Shown here: positions 48,814 to 61,142 of the stretch, in pieces
Layout: every line of letters begins with the position of its first letter
Numbering within the stretch: position 1 is the stretch's first letter
NCBI GenBank assembly: GCA_002269645.1
Contig: NIVC01001771.1
Span: 1 to 64,000 of the forward strand
Length of the DNA stretch: 64,000 bases
From: Macrostomum lignano
Lineage: Eukaryota
Reading direction: 5' to 3'
Position numbers and translations under genes: made by a program
The notes under the pieces: generated by a model
What the model saw: only the letters and a program-made list of their open reading frames with translations
What the model was told of the DNA's origin: nothing
Databases searched by the model: none

Positions 48814-50106
48814 CTAAGAACTTTTTGGACGCACTAAGGTACATGTAGCGGACACCGAATCCATTCTGAATTCATGGTCGCTGTATATATAAGCCAGCCC
48901 GTGAGCGACACGCGACTTGTGACCACCTACCTGATTTTCATCAGACGCCAGCCAAAAAAGGTGAGAACACCAAGACTGATCACAAACAAAGTGCAGATTG
49001 TAATCAAAACTGGTACCGCCCCTGGAATGACAAATTTTTCTTACGATATTATGTGCGTCAGTTTGTAACGAAAATTTGATAGAAAAAGAACGCTTACATG
49101 AGTTGGTGTTGTCTTCAGGCTTCGTTTCTGGTGCAATTGTACTTGTAGAATTGAGGGTAGCATCTGTCGTGACTTCTGTTGAGCTTTCTTCTGTTGGCAG
49201 AGTCGGGGATGTCACATCTGGTTCCGTATTCGACATAGTGGTTGAGTCTCCTCCCGGTGGCTGAGTCGGTGATGTCACATCTGGTTCCGTATTCGACATA
49301 GTGGTTGAGTCTCCTCCCGGTGGCTGAGTCGGTGATGTCACATCTGGTTCCGTATTCGACATAGTGGTTGAGTCTCCTCCCGGTGGCTGAGTCGGTGATG
49401 TCACATCTGGTTCCGTATTCGACATAGTGGTTGAGTCTCCTTCCGGTGGCTGAGTCGGTGATGTCACATCTGGTTCCGTACTCGACAAAGTGGTTGAGTC
49501 TCCTTCCGGTGGCTGAGTCGGTGAGGTCCCCTCTGGTTCCGTATTCGACATAGTGGTTGAGTCTCCTTCCGGTGGCTGAGTCGGTGATGTCACATCTGGT
49601 TCCGTATTCGACAAAGTGGTTGAGTCTCCTTCCGGTGGCTGAGTCGGTGAGGTCCCCTCTGGTTCCGTATTCGACATAGTGGTTGAGTCTCCTTCCGGTG
49701 GCTGACTCGGTGATGTCACATCTGGTTCCGTATTCGACAAAGTGGTTGAGTCTCCTTCCGGTGGCTGAGTCGGTGAGGTCCCCTCTGGTTCCGTATTCGA
49801 CATAGTGGTTGAGTCTCCTTCCGGTGGCTGACTCGGTGATGTCACATCTGGTTCCGTATTCGAAACAGTGGTTGAGTCTTCTGACTCTTTTTTTAGGCCG
49901 CTTGCTTGTATATTGGATTGAGGTCCTGAGAATTGATTTTGCAACTTTCTTATACTTTTTGGGGCTTCACTAAGTGAACCATTGCCATTCACCAAGACCC
50001 GGCTCTGGAGATCCAGCTCTGGATTAGGGAAGCACAAACTGCTACTTATTGTCATTGTCATAATGACAACAGCGCACGCGTGTGTCCAATTATCTACAAG
50101 ATACAT
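48814..50106 (-). CDS. Intronless putative secreted mucin-like protein (signal peptide, 11 x 21-aa PTS repeats, Cys-containing C-terminal domain)
   Basis: 430-aa ORF from ATG with non-repetitive ends; hydrophobic N-terminus (ACAVVIMTMTISSSLC); repeats STTMSNTEPDVTSPTQPPEGD whose substitutions keep the frame open. Confidence 0.7.
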   Translation of the reverse strand: MYLVDNWTHACAVVIMTMTISSSLCFPNPELDLQSRVLVNGNGSLSEAPKSIRKLQNQFSGPQSNIQASGLKKESEDSTTVSNTEPDVTSPSQPPEGDSTTMSNTEPEGTSPTQPPEGDSTTLSNTEPDVTSPSQPPEGDSTTMSNTEPEGTSPTQPPEGDSTTLSNTEPDVTSPTQPPEGDSTTMSNTEPEGTSPTQPPEGDSTTLSSTEPDVTSPTQPPEGDSTTMSNTEPDVTSPTQPPGGDSTTMSNTEPDVTSPTQPPGGDSTTMSNTEPDVTSPTQPPGGDSTTMSNTEPDVTSPTLPTEESSTEVTTDATLNSTSTIAPETKPEDNTNSCKRSFSIKFSLQTDAHNIVRKICHSRGGTSFDYNLHFVCDQSWCSHLFWLASDENQVGGHKSRVAHGLAYIYSDHEFRMDSVSATCTLVRPKSS

Positions 50107-50589
50107 GCTGGTTTGTAATGCTAAATGTGCTAAGGTTTTCGGAAGTCTATTTCCAAACGCTTCGCCTCTTCAACCAACGGTGCAATAATACGCTCGTAAT
50201 AAACTCCCGAGAAAGACGAGCGCGAAGAAATATAAGCATTGGCAACGCGATAAAACACAACATGGAACTAACGCGCAATAGCCAAGCTTGCCGCTCTACT
50301 CCACAGTGTCCTTATCTTCGGCAAATACGAGAGAGAAGTTCCGCTCACTGAGAGCAGCAGCAAGTGCTCAAATGGACCGACTATACAATATAGCAGGATC
50401 CGTTGGATTCTGCTGAGTTTTATAGAATCCAATCAACCGGTCCGCTTCATTTGGGACCTTATCTAAAATACGTAATTTCATGAGCCTAAAATTATTTGTT
50501 CACTGCAGATCCTCATGGCCATGTAGATGATAACACGCGCACCGGGTGGAGGCAGAAATTAATTCATGTATCCCTCATGCATCCCTTAT

Positions 50590-51510
50590 TCAACATGTCA
50601 GATCATCCATCATTTCATATAAGAATCCACCATGTCAGATCATTATCCATCATGTCAGATCATTATCCATCATGTCATATAAGAATCCATCATGTCAGAT
50701 CATTATCCATCATGTCAGATCAACATCCATCATGTCAGATCAACATCCATCATGGCAGTTCATCATCCATCATGTCAGATCATTATCCATCATGTCAGAT
50801 CAACATCCATCATGTCAGATCAACATCCATCATGTTAGATCATCATCCATCATGGCAGTTCATCATCCATCATGTCAGATCATCATCCATCATGTCAGAT
50901 CATCATCCATCATGGCAGTTCATCATCCTTCATGGCAGTTCATCATCCATCATGGCAGTTCATCATCCATCATGTCAGATCATCATCCATCATGGCAGTT
51001 CATCATCCATCATGTCAGATCATCATCCATCATGGCAGTTCATCATCCATCATGTGAGATCATCATCCATCATGTGAGATCATCATCCAACATGTGAGAT
51101 CATCATCCATCATGTCAGATCATCATCCAACATGTGAGATCATCATCCAACATGTGAGATCATCATCCATCATGTCAGATCATCATCCATCATGTCAGAT
51201 CATCATTCATCATGTCAGATCATCATCCATCATGTCAGATCATCATCCATCATGTCAGATCATCATCAATCATGGCAGTTCATCATCCATCATGTCAGAT
51301 CATCATCCATCATGTGAGATCATCATCCATCATGGCAGTTCATCATCCATCATGTCAGATCATCATCCATCATGTGAGATCATCATCCATCATGTGAGAT
51401 CATCATCCATCATGTGAGATCATCATCCATCATGTGAGATCATCATCCATCATGTCAGATCATCATCCATCATGTCAGATCATCATCCATCATGTCAGAT
51501 CATCATCCAT
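50590..51510. repeat. 20-bp minisatellite, ~45 copies
   Basis: (catcatccatcatgtcagat)n with ggcagtt/gtgagat variants. Confidence 0.96.
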
Positions 51511-51899
51511 TAAATTAGATTGGCAGGCTGGGATCGAAGCTTGATTTGGAAACACTGGAGGCCTTTTGACAACCATAAGACCATGCCTTTCTATACTCAA
51601 TGCTTTCTTGCATAGAAATGGCATTGCTTCGGCTTAGGGGAAGTCGCGAGTGAGGAGGGTACAACGCATGCAACTTGAGCCAGAAGCTTGTGCAATTGAT
51701 GCCATGAGGACCAACCTTCAGAAAGACACCGAGAGTGAAGTGCATTGTCATTGTGTACACAAATGTTTGATGAGAAACTCAGTGCCGCAGTACATCCGTG
51801 TGTTGTGTTGAATTGGTTGCGGTAATTTAGCCACTTGCCTCCTTGCTAATAATTGCGGGCAACTGCCACCTTGACGCCAACATTGTCGACAAAGTCAAC

Positions 51900-52259
51900 G
51901 GACTGAGTAACTAACTGACTAACTGAAAAACTAACTGACAAACTAACTGACTGATTGACTGACTGACTAACCAACTAACTAACTAAGTAACTAACTGACT
52001 AACTAGCTAACTAACTGACTAGGTAACTAACTAAGTAACTAACTGACTAACTAGCTAACTAACCAACTAACTTACTGACTAACTATCTGATTGAGTAACT
52101 AACTGACTGACTAACTGACTAACTAACTGACTAACTAACTAACTAACTAACTGACTAACTGACTAACTAACTAACTAACTGACTAACTAACTGACTAACT
52201 AACTAACTGACTAACTAACTAACTAACTGACTAACTAACTAACTAACTAACTAACTGAC

Positions 52260-52324
<65 letters not shown>

Positions 52325-52413
52325 GACTAACTAACTGACTAACTGACTAACTAACTAACTAACTGACTAACTAACTGACTAACTGACAAACTAACTAACT
52401 AACTAACTAACTT

Positions 52414-52448
<35 letters not shown>

Positions 52449-52449
52449 G

Positions 52450-52480
<31 letters not shown>

Positions 52481-52620
52481 GATAAACTAACTAACTAACT
52501 AACTGACTGACTAACTGACTAACTAACTGACTAACTAAATATCTGATTGACTAACTAACTGACTAACTGACTAACTGACAAACTAACTAACTAACTAATT
52601 AACTAACTGACTGACTAACC

Positions 52621-52670
<50 letters not shown>

Positions 52671-52700
52671 CTGATTGACTATCTGACCAACTAATAAACT
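51900..52700. repeat. (ACTA/ACTG)n microsatellite
   Basis: Degenerate tetranucleotide run. Confidence 0.96.
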
Positions 52701-53614
52701 AAGAAAGTGACTAAGCGAGTAACAAAAATAGTTAACGAACTAACGCAAAGGCACCTAAATTTAGATTTGGCCAGCAGTTTAGATACAGAGTGATGATGCT
52801 TTAAATCAATATTTTCGTTTCAAATACCTGATATTACTATGCAAGAGGGATAAAGGTAGGCAAGTCCAGCAGTTGAGCAATCGCTCACCGTTCACACACA
52901 ATAAATCCTGGCAAATGGAGTAAAGACCGAATTCTGCAATCAGTTATAGACAATCAATCAACAATATACGGGTATTAGGTAGTTAATTAACTTGACAAAT
53001 ATAAGTATAAACATATATATATTTGTACTCAATAATTCAAAACAAACACACGCACACGAAACTGATGAAATTAAGCGCTCTGCACACAGATAGCACTTTA
53101 TAAAGCGGCATCTGATTGAAGTTCATACGCGAGTAGCAAGCAAGTCCAATCATGTTTCAACAGAATAGAAAGAGCGGCGATTACAAAACGCACAGGGAAA
53201 GGGCTCGGGCTGTTTTACAATAATGCAGAGAAAATATATATTTATAGATTCAAGTGCCGCAAACTGCTCGCCGGCTGGCTGGCGGGTAATGTGAACAGCT
53301 ACACATGTATTTTACGTTGTATTATCAGTAGTAGAGAAGCGATACTGGCTGGCGATACAGAGGCAACGAACAGCCACACAACTGAACAAAATGGGACAAA
53401 TTTTAACTGGAATCGGTTTGGAAAAATATTACAACCACAAAACGCTAAACCAGACGCGAAGTTAAATAGATACGGGACTAGAAAGGAGACAGATTGAAGA
53501 GCCACTGAGATATGATTGAGACGTGAGAGAGACGGGGCAGATAGGCAGAGCGGTTGAGCGATAGGGGGAGAATGGGAAGAAATAAAAGCAGACACAGATA
53601 AAAGCAGAACAAAA

Positions 53615-53643
53615 GACAGACAGACAGGCGGATAGACAGACAC

Positions 53644-53674
<31 letters not shown>

Positions 53675-53903
53675 TACAGGCAGACAGACAGGCAAACAGA
53701 CAGACAGACGCACGGACACACATACATGCAGACAGACAGGCAAACAGACAGACAGACAGACAGACAGCCAGACAGACAGACACACAGACAGACAGACAGA
53801 CAGACATACAGGCAGACAGACAGGCAAACAGACAGGCAGACAGACAGACACACGGACACACATACAGGCAGACAGACAGGCAAACAGACAGACAGACAGA
53901 CAC

Positions 53904-53947
<44 letters not shown>

Positions 53948-54020
53948 GCGGACAGACACTAAAAAAGACAGACAGACGGACAGACACTATAAAAGACAGA
54001 CAGACACGACGGACACACAC

Positions 54021-54079
<59 letters not shown>

Positions 54080-54080
54080 C

Positions 54081-54111
<31 letters not shown>

Positions 54112-54132
54112 CAGACAGACAGACAGACAGAC

Positions 54133-54227
<95 letters not shown>

Positions 54228-54230
54228 GGC

Positions 54231-54263
<33 letters not shown>

Positions 54264-54266
54264 GGC

Positions 54267-54351
<85 letters not shown>

Positions 54352-54492
54352 GGCAGACAGACAGACAGACAGGCAGACAGACAGGCAGACAGACAGACAG
54401 ACAGACAGACAGACAGGCAGACAGACAGACAGACAGGCAGACAGACAGACAGGCAGACAGACAGGCAGACAGACAGACAGACAGACAGACAG
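53615..54492. repeat. (CAGA)n microsatellite
   Basis: Tetranucleotide run with CAGG/CACA variants. Confidence 0.97.
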
Positions 54493-55173
54493 ATCAGGGA
54501 GAGTGAGTGGAACAAATGCTGTTAAACTATTAGAATGGAGTTGGTGCAAAATAGAAGCGAATAGATAATAAATTGAAAGGACAATGCAGCATTGTACACT
54601 CAGTAGCAGGTACAGATATAGAAGCACACGGGGATCTGTCAGTAGAAACAGTGTAGCACGCGCTCGATACAGAATAGCACTCAGTTATTATTTATAGATG
54701 ACATGGGCAATCATGAAAGCAAATTTATGAGCCACTCATATATAAATCTTAAGCCAAGAATATTCCCAGTTTTACAGTAGAACGCGCCACTTTAAATCGC
54801 TACATTGAGCGGCTTGACAAGCTAAAGAAACTGAGATATTTAAAAAAAAACTTAACCGTTAAACAAATGCACAGCGGGTATTGGATATAGCGACAGATTG
54901 AATTTTTATGCGAATATTTAATAGAAAACAGAGAAAAACAGCCCAGAAATCTCCTTACTAATAAATAGTATGTTACAGTTATTGTTTAATCTGATCAATT
55001 GACTACTCGTACCCCACTGCTTGAAGTAGTAGCGAACGGGAATAAAAAACTATGCACAAAATTAGTCAGTTATAGCAGTAGCCATATCTAATTTACGATC
55101 CAAAAGCACACGGGCGGTTAATTCTGCAGCGGGGGGGCATCACAGGCTGTGTTTGTTTGCACTTATCCTAACC

Positions 55174-57612
55174 CTAGGGCGGCTGCTGAAGATGCAGCTG
55201 CATTGGTGGCGGATGATGGCCCAGGCTATGTACAGCTGGTTTAGCGCCTGGCGGCGCACCCAGCATGCCGGGCTGCAGGTGCTGTTGCTGCTGATGCTGC
55301 TGCTGTTGTTGACTGTGATGATGATTATTGTGATAGTGCAGCTGAGCGAACTGCTGTTGTTGCTGCGGGTCCAGCTGCTGCTGATGCTGCTGCTGCGCCA
55401 CCGTTACTGGCAGCCTCTGCCCAGTAAGCACCTGTATACGCGGCCGGTTATGCAACAGCTGAGCTGACAGGCGAATTCTGTTCTGCTGCTGCTGCTGATG
55501 ATGATGCTGAAGGTGATGCACTTGCTGCACATGCTGAACATGTTGAACCTGTTGCACATGCGGCACCTGTTGAATCTGGTGCACCTGTTGTTGGTGAGGT
55601 GGAGGCGGACCTGGCCGATAAAACGGCTGCGTTGCCACCACCGCCGCCATCTGATGTGGCGCTCCGTAGGTGACCGCAGTCAGGGCCTGGCCAGCCTGCT
55701 GCCCGCCGAAGGCCACCGTCGTCAAGGCCTGCGTTGAGTGCTGCGCGGCGCCGGCTGCGGCACCCACAGCTGCCTGCGCAGCGGTGGAACCCTGGAATCG
55801 AACTGAACCGGCTGGTGACACGGAAACAAGACTGCCAGTTGGCACTGTTGAGCCTTGGAATATTGCTGTGGTTGGCACCAAATTTAACTGTTGCTGCTGT
55901 TGTTGCTGATGTAACTGATGCTGCTGCTGACGCCGGGGATGCTGCGGCGGCTGCGGCGGCGGCTGCATAAGAGAGGTGGCTGCCATAGCCGCGGTGCCAT
56001 TAGGCAACAGGTGAGCTGCCCTATTGTGCGGCATAGTCTTCACTGGCACCACAGACGCGTTGGAGGTGGCGCCGCCGCCAGTTACAATCTGCAGCGGAGA
56101 GGCGGCGGCGCCAGCAACCGCAGTCTGCACAGGAAATCGAGACGGCGGCGGCAGCGGTTTGGCTAGCGGAGCGGCAACCACCGTCTGCGACAGCGAGGCC
56201 GTTAGCAAAGGCGCCTGTGATTGAGACGGCGTAGGCTGATGCTGAGGTTGCGGCGGCGCAGGCGGATGTGCAGAAGGCGGTGGTGGAGGCGGCGGCGGCG
56301 GCATAGAAGAGGCTTGAAGTACAGCGGCGTGCTGCGGCACCAACAGCTGCGGAGTGTTAATCTTCTGGGGCGGCAGGCCGGGCTGCCGGCGGACAACCTC
56401 TGCCTGATGCCGGCCTCGGTCGGTGAGCAGGTCGGCGTATTGGCGAAGAAACACTCGAACTGAGGCGGCCCGGCCAAGCTCAGCCGAGTAACGGACTGGC
56501 TCTTCTGGACGCTGGCCGGGCAGACCGGCGCCTGGCGCCAGTTTTTCAACGGTGAAGTGGCCGAAATGTCTGCCATCGGGTCGGCGTTTCAACACCTTGA
56601 GCCGGTGCAGGTAGGGACACCGGTGACCCGGCTGGACTCTGACTTCGACCTCTTCAACAACGGTGTCGGAGAATTCGACGTCGCCGACCTGCGGCGGTTG
56701 ACCGGCAGCAGACGCTGCGGCGGCGCTACTTGGCACAGTCCGATCCGGCGGGAACACCTGCGGATTCAGGGGAGTCTGGCGTAATCCAGACTCGTGCCGC
56801 CTTCGCTCCTCCTCAGCCAACTGGTAGGTTGGTCGCCAAAAATCGACAGATTGATTGCCGCGCCGACTGCCAAGTAGGTCGCGCACGGACGGCCTGGCCG
56901 GCCGCAGTGTCGGCCGCTGGAACGCAGCTGACAAGCTCGGATCCTCCTCCACCTGGCTCGGCGACGGCGGGGCCGGCAAGTTCAACGCCTGCCGGCGCTG
57001 GGCCTCGTGCGAATAATCGGCTAATAATTGACGCTTCGCTCGTCGTCGCTGCCGACCGACGCTGCGCTCGTCCAGGCGGCTCTGCAGATAGGCCAGCAGG
57101 CGGGGGCACTCGTTGCTACCGGCTTGGTCTGTCGGCATCGGCGGCTGAAGGTCGAGCGGCGTAGCTGATTCGGCCGCATTGATTGCCTCAGCTTCGGCCT
57201 CTAGCGGTGTTAGATGCCGACGGGCCGGGCCGCCGCCGCCGACCTGCTGTCGAATCTGGTCCCACAGGAACTCGTGAGTCGGTCTCAGAGCCAGCCGCCG
57301 TCTAGTTGGATTAGTCTTCGATTGGCGAACGTCGACCACATCCAAAGCGACACCGGCGCCGCCGCCGTCGCCAACGTCAGTCTGGAAGATGTCGGGATAG
57401 CCGCGCAGATAATCGAGCAGGTACGTGGGCAGGTAGCCCAGTTCCATCAATTCCAGCAGGCCGTCATCCTCCTCGTACGAGTAGCAGTGAGTGAAATTGT
57501 CCTCGGGCCGGGGACAGGCAAACACCAGCGAGAAGCCAACATCCGGGCTATTCAACACCAGCGACAGCGACGGCAAGCTCCGCGAGCTCGACAACAGATC
57601 GGTGAAAGACAT
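55174..57612 (-). CDS. SUPT20H: SPT20 (SAGA complex subunit) homolog with Q/P-rich C-terminus
   Basis: LVLNSPDVGFSL..SYEEDDGLLELMELGYLPTYLLDYL..DVRQ..RRLALRPTHEFL..PLDLQP aligns with the Spt20 domain (LVVNLYPGNEGYSL..PYEEGELLEYL..LPPILVDLL..RDYRQ..ILLRPT..PLCLDP). Confidence 0.78.
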   Translation of the reverse strand: MSFTDLLSSSRSLPSLSLVLNSPDVGFSLVFACPRPEDNFTHCYSYEEDDGLLELMELGYLPTYLLDYLRGYPDIFQTDVGDGGGAGVALDVVDVRQSKTNPTRRRLALRPTHEFLWDQIRQQVGGGGPARRHLTPLEAEAEAINAAESATPLDLQPPMPTDQAGSNECPRLLAYLQSRLDERSVGRQRRRAKRQLLADYSHEAQRRQALNLPAPPSPSQVEEDPSLSAAFQRPTLRPARPSVRDLLGSRRGNQSVDFWRPTYQLAEEERRRHESGLRQTPLNPQVFPPDRTVPSSAAAASAAGQPPQVGDVEFSDTVVEEVEVRVQPGHRCPYLHRLKVLKRRPDGRHFGHFTVEKLAPGAGLPGQRPEEPVRYSAELGRAASVRVFLRQYADLLTDRGRHQAEVVRRQPGLPPQKINTPQLLVPQHAAVLQASSMPPPPPPPPPSAHPPAPPQPQHQPTPSQSQAPLLTASLSQTVVAAPLAKPLPPPSRFPVQTAVAGAAASPLQIVTGGGATSNASVVPVKTMPHNRAAHLLPNGTAAMAATSLMQPPPQPPQHPRRQQQHQLHQQQQQQQLNLVPTTAIFQGSTVPTGSLVSVSPAGSVRFQGSTAAQAAVGAAAGAAQHSTQALTTVAFGGQQAGQALTAVTYGAPHQMAAVVATQPFYRPGPPPPHQQQVHQIQQVPHVQQVQHVQHVQQVHHLQHHHQQQQQNRIRLSAQLLHNRPRIQVLTGQRLPVTVAQQQHQQQLDPQQQQQFAQLHYHNNHHHSQQQQQHQQQQHLQPGMLGAPPGAKPAVHSLGHHPPPMQLHLQQPP

Positions 57613-58479
57613 TTAGCGGGCTTTTTGAAGGCTTGAACCTCCGCCCTCCTGCGCTACGGCTCTCGTGTCCAGCAATCGCGACTGGCGATTGTAGGCCGAG
57701 AGTTGACAGACGACACAGATCGATTGGAAAGAAAGTAAGTTCAGTGAGCAGGGAGAGCAAGTGCTGGACGCAATGCGGGGCGGATTTTAAAGCATGGGAT
57801 CCGGCGGCTGGGGCCGATAGCCCAACTCGTCAACCTGCGGCATCAAGGCAGATTGTTGGATTGTAAAAGTTTTAAAATAAGCAACATCGGGCGATGCTAT
57901 AAATACTACTAAAAACTACTGACAATTAGAGAGTGGTGATTTTTACAGCTTTAAAAAATGAAACAAAAAAGATACCGGAATATAAAACATGACTCAATAG
58001 CTGCTTTTCTTGTATTTGAAAATTGAAACAAAATTAATTCTAATTTAAAGTAATTAATTAACGGTGTAAAGTTGCGCTTAGAAAATAGCTACGTGATATC
58101 TGGTAATAAAGATTAATCAAGATAAAACAGTGGCGACATAGTCCATATTAAATGAGCATTGAAAGCATTCAAATTGATTCAAGGAGCGAACTGTCGTTTT
58201 GTTATATATAAATATACTGGATACTAAATGTAATAATGATAAGCACTAATCGGCTTGCATCAGACGCAAGCACACGACGCTTTGCAGTAATGGAGCTAGG
58301 ATTGGCACGCAAACCATAAAATACCGAGCTCAAAACGCATTCTTTTCGGTACTACTATTAGTACTACTCTATGTATTGCATTTTACTTTAATTTTAAAGC
58401 GAGCTATATTGTTATCCAAACTACGACTGTGTAATTGCGTTCGTAGGACAGGCAAGACAGGGATAGGAGATTAATTCCT

Positions 58480-59460
58480 AGAAGACAGATAGAACGGCGG
58501 AAGAAAGAGAGAATAGAGATAGAGATAGGGAGATTGGGGTGGGAGAGGAAGACAGACAGGAGGGAAAGACAGAAAAGAGGGAGAGACACGAAAGAGAGAG
58601 AAGGGAGAGGGAGAGACAGGGGAGAGGGAGAAGGAGAGACAGGGGAGGGAGAGACAGGGGAGAGGGAGAGACAGGAGAGGGAGAGAGACAGGGGAGAGAG
58701 AGGAGAGACAGGGGAGAGGGAGAGAGAGAGAGACAGGGGAGAGGGAGAGACAGGGGAGGGAGAGACAGGGGAGAGGGAGAGACAGGAGAAATGGAGAGAC
58801 AGGGGAGGGAGAGACAGGGAAGGGAGAGAGACAGGAGGGAAAGACAGAAAAAGAGGGAGAGACACGAAAGAGAGAGAAAGGAGAGGGAGAAGGAGAGACA
58901 GGGGAGGGAGAGACAGGGGAGAGGGAGAGACAGGAGAAATGGAGAGACAGGGGAGAGAGAGGAGAGACAGGGGAGAGGGAGAGAGAGAGAGAGAGAGACA
59001 GGGGAGAGGGAGAGACAGGGGAGGGAGAGACAGGGGAGAGGGAGAGACAGGAGAGAGACAGGAGAGAGGGAGAGACAGGAGAGAGACAGGAGAGGGAGAG
59101 ACAGGAGAGAGGGAGAAACAGGAGAGGGAGAGAGGGAGAGACAGGGGAGAGGGAGAGACAGGGGAGAGGGAGAGACAGGGGAGAGGGAGAGACAGGAGAG
59201 GGAGAGACAGGGGAGAGGGAGAGACAGGAGGGAGAGACAGGGGAGAGGGAGAGACAGGAGAGGGAGAGACAGGGGAGAGGGAGAGACAGGAGAGGGAGAG
59301 ACAGGGGAGAGGGAGACAGGGGAGAGGGAGAGACAGGAGAAATGGAGAGACAGGAGAGAGACAGGAGAGATGGAGAGACAGGAGAGAGACAGGAGAAATG
59401 GAGAGACAGGAGAGAGACAGAGACAGGAGAGAGACAGGAGAAATGGAGAGACAGGATAGA
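58480..59460. repeat. GA-rich minisatellite (gggagagacagg-type)
   Basis: ~1 kb polypurine tract. Confidence 0.95.
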
Positions 59461-59559
59461 GTGGCCTGTTACAAATGTTAAAACAGAAGCAAGCAACTAT
59501 CCCTGTTGGGCAGGTAAGCACAGTAGAAGACTGATCAAACCTATATATGTGAATAAAAA

Positions 59560-59862
59560 TTATTGCATTCGCAATTCGTCAGGACAATCAGCCTGCTTAT
59601 CCGGCCTGGCATCAATAAACGCCTGCTGCTCCAAGAGTGCCTGGTTGATCCGACTGATAGTAGGATATTTAGTCATATCAACATTGAACCGGCCGGCGTT
59701 ATAAACCTGCGGCACTAGGCACACGTCGGCAATGCTAATGCTATTCTTGAAGCAGTATTTGCCCGACGTTTCTAATAGACGCTTCTCCAGGGCTTGAAAG
59801 CCGCGATCGATGTAGTAGTGGCCCCACTCAGTCTTCCTGTCAGCGCCGACTCTGGCGCATAC
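59560..59862 (-). CDS. GSTZ1: Glutathione S-transferase zeta / maleylacetoacetate isomerase, exon 3
   Basis: RGFQALEKRL..GKYC..ISIADVCLVPQVYNAGRFNVDMTKYPTI..PDKQADCP; atgccag acceptor phase 0. Confidence 0.95.
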   Translation of the reverse strand, partial: VCARVGADRKTEWGHYYIDRGFQALEKRLLETSGKYCFKNSISIADVCLVPQVYNAGRFNVDMTKYPTISRINQALLEQQAFIDARPDKQADCPDELRMQ

Positions 59863-60019
59863 CTGGCATTTTTGTGAGGATTAATGAGTTATAGATTAGA
59901 GGGTTTTAGAAAGTGAAGGATTAGTAATTGCTAATATTTACGCTTGGAAAATAAACATGAACATGGAATGACTAAGGGGTTTATAGCCTTGAAGAGGTAA
60001 ATGACCGATTTAATAGCCT

Positions 60020-60678
60020 TGAGGGGGGGGGGGGGAATGACCGACTAAACAGTCTAGGGGAAGAATGACCGACTAAACAGTCTTGGGGGGGGGGGGGGGG
60101 AATGACCGACTAAACAGTTTTGGGGGGAATTACCGATTAAATAGTCTTGGGGGGGGGGAATGACCGACTAAACAGTCTTGGGGGGGAATTACCGATTAAA
60201 TAGTCTGGGGGGGGGGGGAATGACCGACTAAACCGTCTTGGGGGGAGGGAAATGACCGATTAAATAGTCTTGAAAAGGCACTGACCGCATAAACACCCTG
60301 AGGGGGGGGGCACTGACCGCATAAACACCCTGAAGGGGGTAATGACCCCATAAACACCCTGAAGGGGGTAATGACCCTATAAACACCCTGAAGGGGGTAA
60401 TGACCCCATAAACACCCTGAGGGGGGTAATGACCCCATAAACACCCTGAGGGGGTAATGACCCCATAAACACCCTGAGGGGGGTAATGACCCCATAAACA
60501 CCCTGAGGGGGTAATGACCCCATAAACACCCTGAAGGGGGTAATGACCCCATAAACACCCTGAAGGGGGTAATGACCCCATAAACACCCTGAGGGGGGTA
60601 ATGACCCCATAAACACCCTGAAGGGGGTAATGACCCCATAAACACCCTGAGGGGGGTAATGACCCCATAAACACCCTA
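60020..60678. repeat. Two adjoining ~29-30-bp G-run tandem repeats filling GSTZ1 intron 2
   Basis: gggggggaatgaccgactaaacagtctt then (ataaacaccctgaagggggtaatgacccc)n. Confidence 0.93.
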
Positions 60679-60687
60679 GACACTAAC

Positions 60688-61023
60688 CGAAGGATTCTGC
60701 AGCGGCTGTATCCCGGACGAGATCATCTCCGTCAGCTCGCGAACCACCGCCCGTTCCACAGGCAGGTCAGGCAGGAGCCGGGTGCCCCGCTCTTTATAAG
60801 CCTCCTCCAGGTACTCGATAATGGCCACAGACTGGGTCATTGTGTGCCCGTCAATCACCAGAGTTGGTACCTGGCCCATCGGACAAATTGCTAAATACTC
60901 GTCGGATCGGTTCTCTCCTTTTAATAGGTTGATTGGCCGGGTCTCGAACTCCAGACCTTTGAGTAGCAGAGCGATGCGAACTCGCCAAGAGCAGGAGGAG
61001 CGAAAATAGGAGTAGAGCACGGG
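60688..61023 (-). CDS. GSTZ1: GSTZ1 exon 2
   Basis: [19 protein letters not shown] (SSC motif)..[24 protein letters not shown]. Confidence 0.97.
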
Positions 61024-61127
61024 CTGCGGAGTGTGGGGTAACAGATAGGAAGACTTGTACTTACAATCTCTTAAAGCAGTACATTAGAAAGCTTTAAATG
61101 TTTTAAAATAACAACTCACTCGCTTAC

Positions 61128-61142
61128 CTTTGCGGAAGACAT
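61128..61142 (-). CDS. GSTZ1: GSTZ1 exon 1 (MSSAK)
   Basis: ATG TCT TCC GCA AAG|gtaagc, phase 0; total 217 aa. Confidence 0.8.

Noticed and set aside
50496-51417. His-rich ORFs suggesting a metal-binding protein
   Set aside because: 20-bp repeat open in several frames and interrupted by stops; no unique coding flanks.
51515-51760. 81-aa non-repetitive ORF between two satellites
   Set aside because: No recognisable motif, splice context or codon signal; cannot be supported.
58404-59704. Long RE/RG-rich and LS/PC-rich ORFs
   Set aside because: Translations of a GA-rich tract on both strands.
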